Origin: Felis catus
Lineage: Eukaryota
Length of the DNA stretch: 64,000 nt
Direction: 5' to 3'
Assembly (NCBI RefSeq): GCF_018350175.1
Contig: NC_058368.1
Coordinates: forward strand, 124,126,001 to 124,190,000
Shown: piece by piece, positions 13,820 through 23,500 of the stretch
Layout: every line of letters begins with the position of its first letter
How positions within the stretch are numbered: position 1 is the first letter of the stretch
The notes under the pieces: generated by a model
Seen by the model: the letters and a program-made list of their open reading frames with translations, nothing else
What the model was told of the DNA's origin: nothing
Database searches by the model: none
Translations under genes and position numbers: made by a program

Positions 13820-15916
13820 TGGTACCCTGGTTTGAGAATCACTGCACTAAAGTATGGGTATCTTATAAGGCTTTGAGTGTTACCTTTCCTGGAGAATATA
13901 TCTCAAAGACATGGTTCTGTGATGGTGTGATTTTCAGCATCAAGACCTGGGGTGGATATGAGGGGCAGGGGAGGGTAAGAAAGGTGTCTTTCCATCACAT
14001 CCCATTGATGACTTGAAGTTTCACTCCCCAGGTTACTTTGTTTTCCCAGTTTCTGTCAGGAGGTCAGAAGCTTGACCTTATTTATTAGGGAGCCACACAA
14101 CTCCCTATAGCAAAGCTCCATCCTTTTGGCATAGCCATGCAGTGTGAGGAATATACTTCTTCAACTCACTTCCTGTTTTAAAATATTATTAGCAGATTGA
14201 AGCACCTCTGTTGGCCCGATGTCCCCAACCCTGCTGAAAGCAGCATAGCCACATGGCGTGGAGATGATTTCAAGGTAAACAGTCCTGTCTTTGTTAAGCA
14301 ATCATTGAGGAGGCTGGTTGTAAAAGACAACGAAGAGTGATGGAGGTTAGGAGGAGTCCTGGGCTGAGATTTTACAGGGTTTACATGAACTATGAGATCA
14401 TGACCTGAGCTTAGGTGGAATACTTAACTGACCGAGCCACCCAGGTGCCCCAAGTTTCATAAGTTTTTAAATCGAAAACTCTTTTGAAAGTTTCAAGGTG
14501 GAATTTCTTAAGTAAAAACAAGCCCTGTCAAATATCACCTTTAAATTTGTATTAAAGACTGTTTCTAGTATTGCTTGATGCTGGAATTTTTAGTATTAGC
14601 ACTTGTTTCAACTCAGAAATCTTTTTTAAACATGGACATTTTTATTTACTTATTTAAATTTTTGTTATTTGTGTTATTTCTGTTTTCTTCTCTCCTGTAT
14701 CAGCTGTGTATTACCTTATTTGCTACTTATTAAAAGTTATGAAGAGAGTAAACAGATTTATAGGCAGTATTGTCAGATGTCTAAAGTGTTAATTTATTTA
14801 AAAAAAGTTATTTATTTTGAGAGAGAGAGAGATAGAGGAAGGGGCAGAGGGAGGGAGAGGAGGAATCCCAAGCAGGCTCCAGTAAGGGGCTCGATCCCAC
14901 AATGCTGGGATCATTGCCTGAGCTGAGATCAAGAGTTGGACGCTTAACCAACTAAGCCATCCAGGTGCCTCGAAAATGCTTTTTGAGTAACATAGGGCTG
15001 GCCTCCATGGCAGGCATATATTACTCACTGAATGCCAGGCATTGAGCTAGACTCTTTGTATACAAAGATGTTAAAGACACTGCCTCTGCCTAGGAGGCCA
15101 CCTTTGATTCTTCTGATGATGTTGGGCAAGTCATTTGTCTTCATGATTGTAGTTTTTGCATCTGTAAGAGTTCTAATTTTGATGTTCCCATCTGAACTGT
15201 AGTTTTGTGAACTTAAGATTGTGTGGCAAATAGTCTCGAGCTCTCTATAAGAAAAAAATGGAATACCTAGTGCCATTCTCAGGAAATGGGCCAGAGTTGC
15301 CATGCTCTTATGGAAGGGCATATGGAGGTGATTGGCCATCACTTCTGGTCTCTGGAAGGAATGTGGGGGCTGGTCAAGAGGTGAGACATTGGTTGTCCCA
15401 AGCCTATTGACTACCTCATGTGTAGCTCCAAAATGATCATTGGGGGTATCCTTTTCTCTTTTTCAGGACAAGATAAATTTGAAGGAATCTGATGACCCTG
15501 TGAATATGGAAGAAGACAGAGTTCTAAAACCATATTCTTCCCCCAGAGACCTTATTGACAAGTTGGTGGTGAACTTTGAGAATTTTCTGGAAGACGTTTC
15601 CACAGAGGAACTTGGAAAGGGTCAGGAAAACATTTTGAGAGAGGAAAAAAATGAATATGTGACTTCTCCATATCGGCCTTACTGTCCTCCCATTTCAACT
15701 GAGATTCCACAGAGAAAATCCCAACAACTGTGTTCTAGAATACCAGAGGGGATCTGCTTAGAAACCACAGAGCAGCTTCTTTCTTCTGTTCCGAATTTAG
15801 GGCCAGACCGTATCTGTGAAGAAGGAGAACCTAATCCATACTTGAAAAATTCAGTGACAACCAGAGAATTTCTCACGTCTGAAAAACTTCCAGAGCAAAC
15901 CAAAAGGGAAGTCTAA
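1..15916 (+). CDS. IL31RA: Interleukin-31 receptor subunit alpha, 3' part: join(<1..188,6831..7013,7820..7921,8747..8893,10933..11073,12959..13052,14193..14274,15467..15916)
   Basis: The spliced translation (ALGYNIWYFPEN...SFQCIEAM...LKPFWCYNISVYP...GGGLLILIILSVAYGLKKP...CWPDVPNPAESSIATW...NPYLKNSVTTREFL...KREV*) matches IL31RA as I know it. All introns are GT-AG with compatible phases. Confidence 0.97.
510..730 (-). mobile_element. Can-SINE (tRNA-derived carnivore SINE)
   Basis: Reverse GGCTCCTGGATGGCTCAGTCAGTT head, (CT)n region, A-rich tail. Confidence 0.9.
1250..1574. mobile_element. Tigger2a/MER28-like non-autonomous Tc1-mariner DNA transposon
   Basis: TIRs CAGTTGACCCTTGAACAACATG (1250) and CATGTTGTTCAAGGGTCAGTTG (ends 1574), flanked by a TA duplication. 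Confidence 0.9.
1830..2010 (+). mobile_element. MIR remnant
   Basis: CCTTGGGCAAGTTA...TGTAAAATGG...CCTACTTCATAG core similarity. Confidence 0.65.
2030..2240 (+). mobile_element. Can-SINE
   Basis: GGGGTGCCTGGGTGGCTCAGTCAGTTAAG head. Confidence 0.93.
2241..2572 (+). mobile_element. L1_Fc-like 3' end with a short inverted 5' piece
   Basis: TCACTCATATGTGGATCTTGAGAAAC...GAGCACTGGGTGTTGTATG...AATAAA tail; 2241-2272 reads as antisense L1 (CCAGTTCCATCTACA). Confidence 0.85.
2588..3020 (+). mobile_element. Can-SINE with a second, antisense Can-SINE (2772-2992) inserted in its tail
   Basis: Heads at 2588(+) and 2992(-); inner TSD AAATAAACATTT at 2760 and 2994. Confidence 0.9.
3235..3700. mobile_element. 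MER58-like hAT/Charlie MITE interrupted by a Can-SINE (3368-3595,+)
   Basis: GTTTTTGTAAATAAAGTTTTATGGGAGCACAGCCAC motif; SINE TSD GAAACAGTGATA at 3355 and 3596. Confidence 0.85.
4859..5301 (-). mobile_element. MLT1-type MaLR solo LTR
   Basis: AGGGCTGCTATA...AAACAACAGAAATTTATT...CTTATGAGGACACCAGTCAT...GACACAGTTCAAGCCATAACA. Confidence 0.82.
6831..7013 (+). CDS. IL31RA: IL31RA exon 9-equivalent (183 nt), FN3
   Basis: Pyrimidine tract then TTAG|; SFQCIEAMEACLTQDQLVVEW...WESVSQATNWTIKQ; donor G|GTAGC. Confidence 0.95.
7820..7921 (+). CDS. IL31RA: IL31RA exon 10-equivalent (102 nt)
   Basis: TTACAG|; DELKPFWCYNISVYPVLQDRVGKPFSIQAYVREG; donor A|GTATGT. Confidence 0.95.
8747..8893 (+). CDS. IL31RA: IL31RA exon 11-equivalent (147 nt)
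   Basis: GTAAAG| acceptor; IPSAGPVTQVDNIGVKTVTITWKEIPKSQRNGFITNYTIFYQAEDGKEF; donor T|GTAAGT. Confidence 0.93.
9335..10765 (-). mobile_element. Old L1 3' fragment containing a Can-SINE (about 10181-10435,-) with an (ATTT)n tail
   Basis: The ORF track gives L1 ORF2 C-terminal peptides (KRWKQPKCPSTDEWINKMW; LPYDPEIPLLGI). Confidence 0.9.
10933..11073 (+). CDS. IL31RA: IL31RA exon 12-equivalent (141 nt)
   Basis: CCTTTAG|; SKTVNSNILQYDLESLTRKTSYSLQVMASTSAGGINGTTMNFKTLSI; donor A|GTGAGT. Confidence 0.95.
12180..12720 (+). mobile_element. L2 3' remnant
   Basis: AGAATGTAGGCTCCATGAG...GTGCTCATAAATATGTACTGAAT, typical of an L2 end. Confidence 0.65.
12959..13052 (+). CDS. IL31RA: IL31RA transmembrane exon (94 nt)
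   Basis: CCCAAAG|; SILEIFLIISLVGGGLLILIILSVAYGLKKP; donor AA|GTGAGT. Too short for the ORF track. Confidence 0.94.
13791..13817. repeat. (CTG)9 microsatellite in a MER5-like remnant
   Basis: Direct count; flanks AACAAGCTCCCAGGT...TTTGAGAATCACTG. Confidence 0.85.
14193..14274 (+). CDS. IL31RA: IL31RA Box1 exon (82 nt)
   Basis: TAG|CAG acceptor; NRLKHLCWPDVPNPAESSIATWRGDDFK containing Box1 (WPxVPxP); donor AAG|GTAAAC. Confidence 0.94.
14798..14971 (-). mobile_element. Can-SINE (a further fragment lies at about 14390-14451)
   Basis: Reverse SINE head and (GA)n region. Confidence 0.85.
15467..15916 (+). CDS. IL31RA: IL31RA last coding exon, cytoplasmic tail
   Basis: TTTTTCAG|; DKINLKESDD...YVTSP...NPYLKNSV...KREV, stop TAA at 15914-15916. 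Confidence 0.96.
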   Translation, partial: DKINLKESDDPVNMEEDRVLKPYSSPRDLIDKLVVNFENFLEDVSTEELGKGQENILREEKNEYVTSPYRPYCPPISTEIPQRKSQQLCSRIPEGICLETTEQLLSSVPNLGPDRICEEGEPNPYLKNSVTTREFLTSEKLPEQTKREV

Positions 15917-17939
15917 TTGTTACTGTGACTTGAATCTCTCTGGGTCGTAGTGTGGGCAACTCTTATAGACAGAATGTATTAGGACTTAGCCAGAAGAGCT
16001 TCCTTGGCTGTCTCCCCATCCTTGCTTTGCGTTAGAGAAATTGTCACACATCCCTGAGTGGCTTGTTGAACTTGGTTGGCACAGATGTGTAACTTGCCTG
16101 AGAAGAAGGGATAGTGGTATGTCTGAGCATTTTGCAGAGGAAAAGTGTTTATTTTCTTTTGTTCAGGTAACAAGCTCTCACTGAGGTCTCTGACATAATG
16201 ATTTTAAGGGACAATGGAGCCCCTAAGGTGGATATATCTTGCCTTCCCTAGGAATTAGGTCTTTGCCACAACTTTTGCTCGAGCTTCTCCTCAGAGATCC
16301 AGCAGACTTTCCCCATTGCCAGAGGACAGTGGTCTGGTAGGAGGTGGGAATCTCTCCCTTTACATTGATTTCCCTTGGGTTCTGGGTTCTACCTCCAAGG
16401 AAGCCCTGAGATCTCACTTTTGAGATTTTGTTTCTCCCTCAGTATAGGGGCAGGGGAGGTAGAGTGGCCTTCCTGATGGTGTGCTTCTCATTAACCTCAT
16501 AAAATCTCAAGTGTCTGCAGCAACACCTCCACCCAGGACTCTTGCCCCTAGTTCACAGCACATTGGCCTCTAGTAAATTGATCTCAGCAGGGCACTAGGG
16601 AGTGGACTCCAGCCTGGGCCAGCAGGTCTGCCCCAATCTTCAGGTCATTGCCCAGCTCTGAAAAGCTCCCAGAGGCCTTTGCTGGCCCTTTATCTTGCAC
16701 TCAAACCTGGGAGTAGAAAGGCACCAAATACTGCACTGCTTTTGTACAGGATCTCTGGCCCCTTATGCTAGCTCACAGCCTAGGAATGCTTACAAAGCTT
16801 CCTTCAAAGGCCTCTTTCCTGAAGGACCTGAGCAGGGTGTGGAAACATGCTACTGTAACTTTGCTGCCCCGACCCAGGACTCCTTTTCCTTCACCTTGGC
16901 CATGCACAGAGCTTATGACACGTCAGGGGAGCCTTTAGCCCAAGTGCTAATGGCAGGATTCAGTTGCTGAGAATTGGGGACTAATGGCTGGCCCTGGGCT
17001 GGCACCTTAACCGCAGTGATGGCAGATGATTTCCTAATATGTGGCTTTGACTCATCTGGCTATTAGGGGAGGTCTCTGAGAACCTGGTGAGATCTGGGAA
17101 GGCCAGGCAATGAGTGAGCAGCCCAGGTGCCTTGAACGTAGCATTTGCCAGCCAGAAAGGCTGATGTCCGTTTTTATAGGAGAATTTGAGAAGTCAGTAC
17201 TTGAGTAGCAGGCATGAACTTCACAAGCCAACAATTCAGATGTGGGCCAAGATTTTTTTTTTTTTTTTGTAAATTTAAATTTTGTTTTGGACTCTACTAT
17301 GCCAACATCAACAACAACAAAAATCTCTTAATACCAATTATTTGTGTCATTCTTAATTCCTTCCTGATACGATCTGCATCTACTTATATACGTGTTCATC
17401 TAATTGAATGTCATACATTGATTCTGTTGTATTTTCCTTTAGTTTCATGTACTATTTCATGTTTAAAATTTCATGCATGAACATGGTTCATTGTGGTAGT
17501 ATTTTGAATGGACACTCAGAACTCCATGGTGTGCCTGAATATTATGGTTTGCCAAGGACCCTTTCTTGTTAGGATTGTTTTAAATGTCTTCTTTGTATAG
17601 AGACCAACTTCACTAAATTCTGTTCTTTGTACATTTTCTTTTCCTACCTTTGTCCTAACTCCTTGGGGACTCTTTCTAAAGGTGGAATTTCTGGGTCACA
17701 GTTTTATGGTTATTGTCATATATTGCACATCTGTCAGCAGAGAGAGCATTGGCTCAAAAGCAGAAACATCCCCAGTCCATGTTGGCGAAAACCTGGAGAT
17801 GCCTGCATGTGGCTGCTGAGAAAGGTGTGGGAGAAACGCCAAGGGAGGAAGTCCTCAAAAGCATGAAGCCAGCAGTCAGCAAGCCTCAGATGGTTAGTCA
17901 AGGCAGTCTAGGCGCACCTACTGCTGATTTCGTTTTTAG

Positions 17940-18310
17940 GAGCGGGATTCTCTTTTCTGTCCAACTTCACTACATATGTGGGGTAAAATAACCCGAGGCC
18001 TGGACTTTGAAATGGAAGTCAAAATGTGCAAAGCAGAACAGATGCGCAGAAAACTCTGAATGATTATAATAATGCAGAAGACTGGACTTGTGTACCAAGA
18101 GAACCATCTCTCTGTATAGTGCATGCTGTCTCTTCCACATATTGTTCATAAAGCCATACAGTATATAATGCATGTGCATGGCAGTTCTGGCCTCCTAAGT
18201 AGAGTATGAAAGCAGGATTACTATAGTGAGAATAGCCTTTAAAACGCTTTACCATAAATGCATTGGTATTTCTGTCTTTCAGGTAATAAAGCTGTAATAC
18301 CATTTTCATG
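17940..18310 (+). other. IL31RA: Candidate IL31RA alternative terminal exon / distal 3'UTR
   Basis: CTGAT branch-like motif and TTTTTAG| acceptor at 17939; SGILFS/CPTSL resembles the human short-isoform tail TRILSSCPTSI (recalled); AATAAA at 18285. Confidence 0.55.
18285..18290 (+). terminator. Candidate IL31RA polyadenylation signal
   Basis: First canonical AATAAA I find after the IL31RA stop codon. Confidence 0.5.
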
Positions 18311-18557
18311 TAAAGCTATACTTCTCTTCTAAAGTTGTACCCACTCAGGTATTTAAAATGAGACTTCAAAATGCAAATATCCAACTTTGTTAGAGATCGA
18401 GGGAGTCTCTTGGTTATGGGACACACAGAACAGCTACAGGTGACCAGGAATCAGACTTAGGGAGTTATTTTTGCCAACATAGCTTCCGCTAGGGATGCAG
18501 CTGGGCCTCACACCTGAGTTCTCTTCGATCTCTCATGGCAGAACTTTTTGTTTTGAA

Positions 18558-18773
18558 GTTTATTTATTTTTGAAAGAGACAGAGACAGCATGAGTAAGGG
18601 AGGGACAGAGAGAGAGATAGAGACAGGGAGGCAAGTAGGGAGGGAGAATCCTAAGCAGGTTCCATGCTGTCAGTGCAGAGCCAGATGTGGGGTTTGACCT
18701 CACGAACCGTGAGATATGACCTGAGCCGAAACCAAGAGTCATTTGCTTAACTCACTGAGCCACCCAGGTGCCT
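18558..18773 (-). mobile_element. Can-SINE
   Basis: Reverse head CTGAGCCACCCAGGTGCC. Confidence 0.9.
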
Positions 18774-20549
18774 CTCATGGCAGCAGTTTCAAACTCGCAG
18801 CTCCTCAAACTCCTTGAGAGTACTCTCAGCAGATGAGGTGGCCCCCCCTTCATGGAGGATGCACCACCCGCCCATCTCTCTTCTCTTCAAGTCAGACTTG
18901 GGGAAGGTCTCTGAGGCAGAGGTGGCCCTGCTCTTATATTATACATCCCTCCCCACTGGCTCTCTTGTTCTTTCAACTTCTCCCTCCTGAGAGATTCCTT
19001 CCCATCATCTTCTAAACATGCTCAGGTCACTTCCATGTTAAAAGAGAACAAAGTATTCTCCTTGATCATCCTCTCCCTCTGGCTGCCTGCTGGCTGTTCC
19101 CATGGATCTGCCTGTGGTTTCAGGGTAGAGTGGGCCATATCCCTTGTAGCAGTAGGGAGGAAATGACCAATGCTGAAACCTCTGGGACATTCGAAGACTG
19201 GAAGCCTCGTTTCCCCAGGTCACATTCTTGTGGGATTAGGACAAAGGCCCAGTAACAAAGCTGGCATTCTCTGGTTTATTCTCACCATTGAGACTCCAGA
19301 ACCCAGGCAGCAAAGCTCTCTTTTCTAGGGTTATGTGGCTACCTGGTTCTCCCTCCTGCCATCTGCTGTGTCCCCAGCTCCTGAGGGGCTGTGTGGAGCC
19401 ACAGTTGTGGTTAGAGTGCCCAATTGTGTGGGACTGAGGCATTTTCCAGGACTTGGGCCCTGCGGTGATAAAACCGCAGAGTCTCAGGTAAACCAGAATA
19501 CTGTGATCCTATACTGCAGCTCTGGGCCTGTTCCTTCTTTTAAAGTTATGTACTTGTGCTGGTGTTTATCTTCATTTTGATGGGTCCACTTGCCCCCAGA
19601 CTCTCATCCAGCTTGTGCTCTTTGACAATACCCTCAGGGAGCCCATCCTCTAACTGGAACATACGCTGGCGGTATATGAGTGGCCATTCCTCCCCATTCC
19701 TTGGCAGGCTTGCTCCTGATGTTCATCACCCTCCAGTAAGGCTCCAGTGTCTCCGACTCCCTGGCCCATTTCCATAATGCTCCTTGTGACCCCAGCTGCC
19801 CCCTTCAGTATACCTGGTCATGTCACAGAAAATTGCCCCTTGACACATTGATTCCTTTTTAAAAATTATTACAACAGCAGTGAAATGAGCTGTCTTCTGG
19901 CTTCACCCCTGTAGCCAGTGTCCATTTTGACCTATTTTTGCCATTAAGCCACCTGGGTGTGGGACCACAGACCTCAGTGTTTGCTCTGTTCCATCTCCTA
20001 GGATGACCTGGGCCCCACATCCTCTCTGAAGGGCACTCGTATCACAGAAGCATTTGCTCCTCCCAAAGGACCAGAGCCCTGCCAAGCCTTTGGCAAAGCC
20101 TTCTGTGTACAACCTTGTTCTCACTTGGAGGCTCTGACCAGCCCCCTCAAATGAAATTGGTGTAATGTCCCCTCCCCTGTAATACAATGAAGAATAGGGT
20201 GATTTCTGGCTGGTCAACTGCCAGAACTGTGGTTCAGGAGTTGGAGAATGTTGATTGGGATGATATATGTGCTAAAAGCTGGACCCCCTGAGAGCTTTCA
20301 TAGACCCTAGAGAGCCTACATACTGTCAAATATATTGAAATTTCCACATTTCACATTAATTATAGTATCTTTACATAAAAATTTTGTAAGGGTTTTTATG
20401 TTTTGTTTTTGAAATTATTTGACTATTTTAACTTTATGATTTAACTTCTCAGCAGTCAGCCTGTATCTTTAGGGATTCTTGTGACTTGAGAAAATTCATC
20501 TATTCTAATCTAATTTGCAGATTTTTTACCAACATATATTTTTTGGAAT

Positions 20550-23500
20550 TGATTTTTTTTAAGTTTTTTTCTTTTTTCCAGTTAGTTAACATACAGTATT
20601 ATATTAGTTTCAGGTGTACAATGTAGTGATTCAACAATTCCATATATCACTGGTGCTTGTCACAACAAGTGCACTCCTTAATCCCCATCACCTATTTTAC
20701 CCAACCCTCCACCCACTTCCCCTCTGCTAACCATCAGTTTGTTCTCTGTACTGAAGAGCCTGTTTGTTTCTTGCTTTGCTTTACTCCTTTTTTCCTTTTG
20801 CTCATTTGTTTTCTTTCTTAAATTCCACTTATGAATGAAATCATACAGTATTTGTCTTTCTCTGATTGACATATTTTGTTTAGCATTATACTTCAGCTCC
20901 AGACATGTTGTTACTAATGGCAAGATTTCATTCTTTGTATGACTGAATAATATTTCGTTGTATGTATGTGTGTATATAAATGTATGAATATATAAATATA
21001 TGTGCATGTATATTTATAAATATGAATATGAATATAAATATAAATATATACATACATACCACATCTTCTTTTTAAAAAAATTTTTTTTAACATTTATTTT
21101 TTTTTTTGAGAGACAGAGACAGAGCATGAGCTGGGAAGGGGACAGAGAGAGAGGGGGAGTCACAGATTCTGAAGGAGTTTCCAGGCTCCGACCTGTCAGC
21201 GTAGAGCCTGATGTGGGGCTTGAACCCACGAACCATGAGATCATGACTTGAGCCGAAGTTGGCCGCCCAACCGACTGAGCCACCCAGAAGCCCCTATACC
21301 ACATCTTCTTTATTCCTCAATGGATGGATATTTGGGTTGCTTCCATTTCTTGGCTATCGTAAGTAATATTGCTATAAACATGCAGGAACGTGTACACCTT
21401 TGAATTTGTGTTTTTGTATTCTTTGGATAAATACCAAGTAGTATGATGGCTGGATCATTGGGTAGTTCTACTTTTAACTTGTTGAGAAACCGCCCTGTTT
21501 TCCACAGTAGCTGCATCAATTTGTATTCCCATCAGCTTTGCAAGAGGGTTTCTTTTTCTACATATATTCACCAATATTTGCTGTTTCTTGTGGGTTTTTT
21601 TGTAGACTCTGACAGGTGTGAGGTGATAGATCATTGTAGTTTTGATTTGCATTTCTCTGATGATAAGTCTTGACGGTATCTTTCCATGTGTCTATTGGCC
21701 ATCTGGATGTCTTCTTTGGAGCAATGTCTCTTCATGTGTTCTGTCCATTTTTAAATTGGATTATTTATTTTTTGGGTGTTAAGTTGTATCATTTCTTGAT
21801 ATATTTTGGATACTAACCCTTTATGGGGTATGTCATTTGCAAATATCTTCTCCTGTTGCATAGGTTGCCTTTTAGTTTTGTTGATTGTTTACTTCACTGT
21901 GCAGAAGCTTTTTGTCTTGATGGAGTTCCAATAGTTTATTTTTGCTTTCGTTTCCCTTGCCTTAGGGGACCTATCTAGTAAAAAGCTGATATGGCTTGTG
22001 TCAGAGAGATTATTCCCTGTGCTCTTTTCTAGGATTTTTACAATGTCTCACATTTAGGCATTTAATCCATTTTGAATTTATTTTTGTGTATGGTGTAAGA
22101 AAGTGGTCCAGATTCATTCTTTTGCATGTTGCTGTCCAGTTTTCCCAACACCATTTGTTGAAGAGGCTGTATTTTGCCCATTGGATATTCATTCCTTCTT
22201 TGTCGAACAATAAGTGGCCATATAATTTTGAGTATATTTCTGGATTTTCTCTCCTGTTCTGTTGATCTGTGTGTCTCTTTTTGTGCCATTAACATACTGT
22301 TTTGATTATAACAGCTTTGTAATATAACTTGAAGTCTGGAATTGTGATGCCTCCAGCTTTGCTTTTCTTTTTCAAGGTTGCTTTGGCTATTTGGGGTCTT
22401 TTGTGGCTCCATACAAATTGTAGGATTGTTTGTTTTAGTTCTAGAAAAATGTTGGTCTTTTGATATGGATTGCATTAAGTTTGTAGATTACTTTGGGTAG
22501 TACAGACATTAAATAGTATTTGTGCTTCCAGTCCATGAGCATGGAATGTCTTTCCATTTCTTTGTGTCATCTTCAGTTTCTTTCATTAGTGTTTTATAGT
22601 TTTCAAAGTACAGGTATTTCACCTCTTTGTTTAGGTTTATTCCTAGGTATCTTACTATCTTTGGTGCAGTTGTAAATGAGGTTACTTTCTTAATTTCTTT
22701 CTGCTGCTCCATTATTGGTGTATAGAAATGCAACAGGTGTCTGTACATTGATTTTATATCTTATAACTTTACTGAATTCATTGATCAGTTTTTGCAGTTT
22801 TTTGGTGAAGTCTTTCGGGTTTTCTATATGTAGTATCATGTCATCTGAAAATAGTAAAAGTTTTACTTCTTCCACACTGATTTTGATGTCTTTATTCCTT
22901 CATCTTTTCTGGTTGCCATCGGTAGGACTTCTAATAGTATGTTAAATAATAGTGGTGAGAATGGACATTGCTGCCTTATTCCTAACCTTAGGGGAAATAC
23001 TCTCAGTTTTTCTCCATTGAGTATGATGTTAACTGGGTTTTTCATATATGGACTTCATTGTATTGTGTATATTCCCTCTAAACCTACTTTGTTGAGGGTT
23101 TTTATCATGAATGGGTTACACTTTGTTAAATGCTTTTTCTGCATCTATTGAAATGATCATATGGTTTTTATCCTTTGTCTTACTGATGTGATGTGTCATG
23201 TTCATTTGCGAGTACCGAACCACACTTGTAACCCAGGAATAAAAGGCACTTGATTGTGGTGAATGATTTTTTTTAATGTATAGTTGGATTCAGTTTGCTA
23301 ATATTTTGTTGAGGATTTTTACATCTATATTCATCAGAGATACTGGCCTATGGTTTTTTCTTTTTTTTTTTTTTGTGGTGTCTCTGTCTGGTTTTGTTAT
23401 CAAGGTAAGGCTAGCTTCATAGAATGAATTTGGAAGGCTTTCTTCCTTTTCTATTTTTTATAATAGTTTAAGAAGAATAGGTATTATCTCTTATTTAAAT

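Noticed and set aside
1642..15285. Isolated TTC-N3/N4-GAA motifs (1642, 6587, 11215, 15276)
   Set aside because: Their density is compatible with chance and they are not clustered.
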